A DNA stretch of 64,000 nt from contig QPMI01000401.1 of the NCBI GenBank assembly GCA_004431415.1, forward strand, positions 248,001 through 312,000, written 5' to 3'. This stretch comes from Cyanophora paradoxa CCMP329. Its lineage: Eukaryota; Plantae; Glaucophyta. The position numbers and the translations under genes are program-made. The notes beneath the pieces were generated by a model that was not told the origin of the DNA, did not search any database, and saw only the letters and a program-made list of their open reading frames with translations. Positions 59,700 through 64,000 of this stretch are shown here, piece by piece. Numbering within the stretch: the stretch's first letter is position 1; every line of letters starts with the position of its first letter.

Positions 59700-60300
59700 A
59701 TAAAAGATTGAATTCCGGATTCTCCGAACCGGATCATCGGACCGGATCGGATTCGGATGACTCAAGATTGCAGAGAGACTCCTCGGTCCCGGGCCCCGGC
59801 CCGGCCCGGGCCGGGGGCCGGCCGGGCCGGGGGGTCGGGGGCCGGGGGCCGGCCGCGCACTGCGGCATTTCGAACAAATTCGCCGCGTTAAAACGTTCAA
59901 CGGATAATTACGTATACGTATACGTTCAGTACTACTATATGTAGTACAAGTAGTGTTCGTTCGTTCACGTGCACTCAGTGGCTAACCCCCGTGTTCATTT
60001 TCAGTTAACTTAGTAACGCTGATAACGTTCAAAGTTCAAACTCCGAGCTCCTCTGCGGGAGTCCTCGATCGCGATTCGCGAGTCCTCGCGATCGCCCGAC
60101 TCGAGCTCGCGGCCCGAGTCGCCCCCCCGGCCCCCGGCCCGGGCCCCGGCCCGGCGGCCGCGGCCGGCGGGGCCGCCCCGGCCGCGGCCGGGGGCCGGGG
60201 GCCCGGGGCCCGGGGGCTGGGCGCCTTGCCGAAGAAGTCCGGAGTCCGGACTCCGGAGTCCGCGACCGGATCATCGGATCCGCGACGGGCCGTGTTCATG
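59700..60300. repeat. Two degenerate direct copies of a C-rich/G-rich GC hairpin block with ACCGGATCATCGGA motif
   Basis: 59785-59860 and 60110-60220 share CCCGGGCCCCGGCCCGG..GGGGGCCGGGGGCC; ACCGGATCATCGGA at ~59728 and ~60266. Confidence 0.6.
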
Positions 60301-63300
60301 AACATGTACAGCGGTTTCTTTGTTCATGTTCGTTCATGATCAGTCACTGAGTTCAACATCTAAATTAAAGGCTGTTCGTGGAACTTCGTTCATGTTCATT
60401 CGAAATGTGTTCGAAATTCGTCACGGCGTTCAAGATGCATCTGTAAACGTAGGAATCGGCAGGAATCGGTAGGAATCTTCGACAGATCTCGAAGTTAACG
60501 TTGCGTCAACTTGCGGGAGGTATCTTGGCAATGTTGGCATGATGGCATCGTCACAAAAGATCAAAGAATCCATGCATATGACAAAAACCTACCGTATTAC
60601 AGTACTATTGCTGCGTACTAAGATACTAACTTCATTTCTAAGTAGTATTGCAACTTAATTTGCGAGTCTTTGCGACTGCGAGGACCGGTACGTATACCAA
60701 TTTGGAGAACGTTATTATAGACGGGTTCAAACTTAGACGTTTGCCCACCCACCATAAAAGACGTGGACAAATTTAGACGAGCTGCTTGTCGCCGCAATGT
60801 CGCGGTTGTCGAACAGCTGCGGACTCGCGAGCTCGAGTCGCCGCGATCGATCGGATCGGACTCGGCGAATCGACGCGTACGGCGATCGACGCCGTGACGG
60901 GTCACTGTCACTCACTGACTCATGAATCATGATCATGATCAGTGACGACTTTCTGCAGGCTGCATGCAGGCTGCAGGGCCAGTGCAGGCTGCAGCTGAGA
61001 GTCTGACTCTGCGAGACTCTTACGAGGCCTAGGCCCGAACTGTTGATCATGAACTTCGGAAGCTATACCCGGTAAATGAAAATGAAGCCATTGATCATGA
61101 ATTCGAACGGTTTTCTAGCTCTTTGGAAATTGGAACTGATTCCTTCTTAATAATGTGGAATCATTGTGGATCCGAGGAATCGAATTTCCGACTCCTTCGA
61201 GTGTTCAATGTTGACGTTGCACATCCCCGGAACCTTCCGTAAGTTCAGTTTCTGTATCAGAAATACGGTACTCTCAAAAACAAAATGATAAGCAGTACAT
61301 GTCACATGTATGTCACCAAAAAAACATGTCACCAGAAAATTGTGGCAGAAATTGGTCCGACGGACCGGCGACGGTCCAGAATGGAACTTTCGGGATATTA
61401 ATTCAATGATTATATTATATATAATTACCAGTAGTTTGTGAACTCATGTCACCGGACTCCGGGACTGGGCCCACTGGGCCCACTGGGCCAGCTGCAGTGC
61501 ACTGGTACCACAGAAGCGTCTTTCGAAATTCGTGTGCGTATCACCACGTATGTCGGCGTCAGAAACGTGATTGGAATCAGCGGCCGGGCGCATTAGCATC
61601 TGCACACATGTGGCCGTATGCATATGCGTGCTCGATGGATTCCCACGTCTTGCAGCTGGACCTGCATGCGCGGCTGCACGCCCAAGTCGCGATCGACCCT
61701 GGTGCGGAGATCCGCTCCGCATCTCCAAGCCCGGCCGCTTGCCGCGTTCTCCGGCCAGCTGCAGCTGCAACACTCCGCGTCGTGCGCCCCGAAGAGTCGT
61801 GGGGCCAAGTGCACGAAAACGGAGTCCGCGCTGATCATGATTGCGGCGACCTACGCAAGCAAGACATGTATCATGCACATCAAGATCTCGGCCTCTCTTT
61901 CGTGCACGTCGGCCGTGCGCATCGATATCCATTCGACTCTGTCCTCAACATCAGCCCCTCCGAATTTGCACTCTCCAATGTCTCCCGTACAGGTTAGCCG
62001 ATTTTATTTCCTTAAGTTGTTTGATCACTTGATATTTCATGCGCACGTGCGTACAGAAATGCACGTGCGCGTGCATTCGCCGCCCGGAGCTTCCGGTTAT
62101 AGTTACTGTTCGCCATGGCCAGACGTGCAACATTCAGGTCAGTCGCTGATAAGTCATGATCACTAAATAATCTCTGCCTGGTGACCATAGCGATGTATAT
62201 GCCGCCGGCGCCACATGCACTGCGGCATGGCCTTGATCATGAGCTCCGGATCCCTGCGTCTGGCCATGGGCCCCGCATTCGTTTTCGACCGTGCACGTGC
62301 CAACTGCAAGTTGATTTCGAATTGGTGCATGCGCAGATGTGAATGCTCGCGATGCGGAAGCAGCTCCCACGCACATGCATGTGCTTCACCGGCAGATCGC
62401 TCAAGTTGGCGACGACCACGTCGACGTCGACCCCGCCCGCATGCATATACCCCCCCACGTGCACGATCCAGGTAACAACTAGAATCCCGCGACTGCCAGC
62501 CTCCGGCCGCACTGCGCATGCAGCTGGCCATGGCCATCGCATGGCAGCTTTAAATCTCGTCAATAATTCGTGTTTAATTTTTGCCGCCCCTAATTATATA
62601 ACCCGACGCTGCTCGCACTGCGGCAGGCCCGCACGCGTTTTGGGGAGGGGCGCCAACGCCGACCGCGTTGCCGGCATTTCTCGAGCTCCCCATGGCAACG
62701 GATGTTGATCCTGCGTTTGAGGCGGCTGTCGGGAACACTGCCGCGCTCGAGGGGCAGTTCCTTCGGTTGGCACCGCTCCGGCCGTGGATATCTTCCTCCC
62801 AAGCTCGCGATCGCGGGTTTTCATGACGCCGTTAATTTGGTTCACGGCGCTAATCAGCGAATTAATCTGTATCGCTGCTAGGCAGGGCCAGCGATTCGGG
62901 GTCAACAATCGAACATTTGACGTAGCGCTAGCTGAAGAAATTCGAATTCTCGACCGACTGACTGTCATGATCAATTGCAAGCTCACGACCATCACGAATC
63001 GGGCAGGGTACCGGTACCATTGCGAGGTGCCGCATCCGGCCTAACTTCTGGCTAACGAACTTGCCGTTTTGCGCATCACATTGCAATTGAATCGACGTTA
63101 GCTGCACATTGCAATTGCAACATTGTAAAGCAAAACCGTTTATTCTCATGGCGCCGGCTAGCTGCGTAAAGCTAGGACGAAAGCGACGAAACACTGATCT
63201 AAGTGCACCTAAAAAAAGACTATATATAGCTAGCATGAGATCAATATATATTTATCGATATCGGATTATGCACATATGAATATTAATGCGAGTAGAGCAG

Positions 63301-63371
63301 CTGCAGAGCATTGCTGCGGACATCAGAAGAATCAACGCGTACGCGTTCCGGATTCGAACGTATTAGCAGAA

Positions 63372-63920
63372 TCAACGCGCGCCGCGAAGTGCGACGAAAG
63401 CGGCCACAACTGCCCCCAGAACAGCCGCGACTACCGAAGGGACGAGCTGCACACTGGCCGACGGCCAGTACGGTACGTTCGCCGACAAAACCGTGCTGCC
63501 GCCGGCAATTAGCGTGAACTGCGGTGCACACGTCAGCGTTTCGACGACGGCACGCAGCTGGCAGCGCAAAGCGGCGCGCCGGCGTGAGGTGGTCGCATGT
63601 GGCGGTGTACTTGGCCGACCCGGGGGCGCTCGTCGCGGGACTGCACGTGGTCCACTTCTTCCCGGCCTCGTCGTAGAAGGCCAGGGAGACGCTCTGGCCG
63701 CCCCCGACCGAGAGCGTCGCCGGCATCTCGAAGCGGATCTTGTCGGGGAAGTCCTTGATGAAGACGGCCTTGCCGTCGCTGCCGAGCTTTGTCGCGGTGA
63801 TGTCGTAGACGGCGGAGGCGACGCGGTTGTTGGCCGAGGGGCCAGGGAAGTCTCCGGCGTCCGGAGTGGAGACGGAGACCTGGAAATCGCTCGTCGACGC
63901 GCTGGCCGGGAACACGAACT
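63372..63920 (-). CDS. 3' end of a GAIN/GPS-domain surface protein ending in one hydrophobic segment (GPI signal or tail TM); gene starts beyond the right edge
   Basis: SAVYDITA..IRFEMP..LAFYDEAGKKWTTC..ATCDHLTP|FTLIAG then VVAAVLGAVVAAFVALRGAR*; W..C..C-x-H-L-T-x-F is the GPS consensus. Confidence 0.75.
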   Translation of the reverse strand, partial: SSCSRPARRRAISRSPSPLRTPETSLAPRPTTASPPPSTTSPRQSSAATARPSSSRTSPTRSASRCRRRSRSGAARASPWPSTTRPGRSGPRAVPRRAPPGRPSTPPHATTSRRRAALRCQLRAVVETLTCAPQFTLIAGGSTVLSANVPYWPSASVQLVPSVVAAVLGAVVAAFVALRGAR

Positions 63921-64000
63921 GCGGAATTCGAAGATGCGAATTATAGTTATGATTTCGAAATGGTGGGCGGGAACACAAGCCAGCGCACGGTAGCCGATCC

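Overview
Eukaryotic nuclear DNA: GC-rich, gene-dense and interrupted by many short (~50-130 nt) spliceosomal introns, so the six-frame ORF track is mostly exon fragments and spurious Arg/Ala/Gly/Pro-rich frames. Manual splicing gives about 23 protein-coding loci. A plastid VKOR-thioredoxin (LTO1) and N-termini with an early Phe (MPSAAFLAP, MQSFAV, MFGGARGRAAFAAP) point to a photosynthetic alga; a glaucophyte such as Cyanophora is my best guess, not demonstrated. Main points: (1) a ~9 kb soluble hybrid histidine kinase with five tandem GAF domains, an ETR1-like GAF-HisKA core (THEMRTPM), HATPase and receiver, plus the 5' end of a tandem paralog at the left edge; (2) a TIR domain fused to a right-handed beta-helix; (3) a telobox-Myb protein with a possible TRFH-like N-domain; (4) a diflavin reductase with an MGCGSS acylation motif; (5) a HAL3/PPCDC with a collagen-like (LQG)n extension; (6) a GPS/GAIN protein without a 7TM region; (7) frequent GC-AG introns and nine divergent gene pairs; (8) a repeat-rich block at 59-63 kb with a MITE-like foldback. 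No CRISPR, rRNA or tRNA was seen. All exon boundaries and family calls were made by eye from recalled motifs; no search was run.
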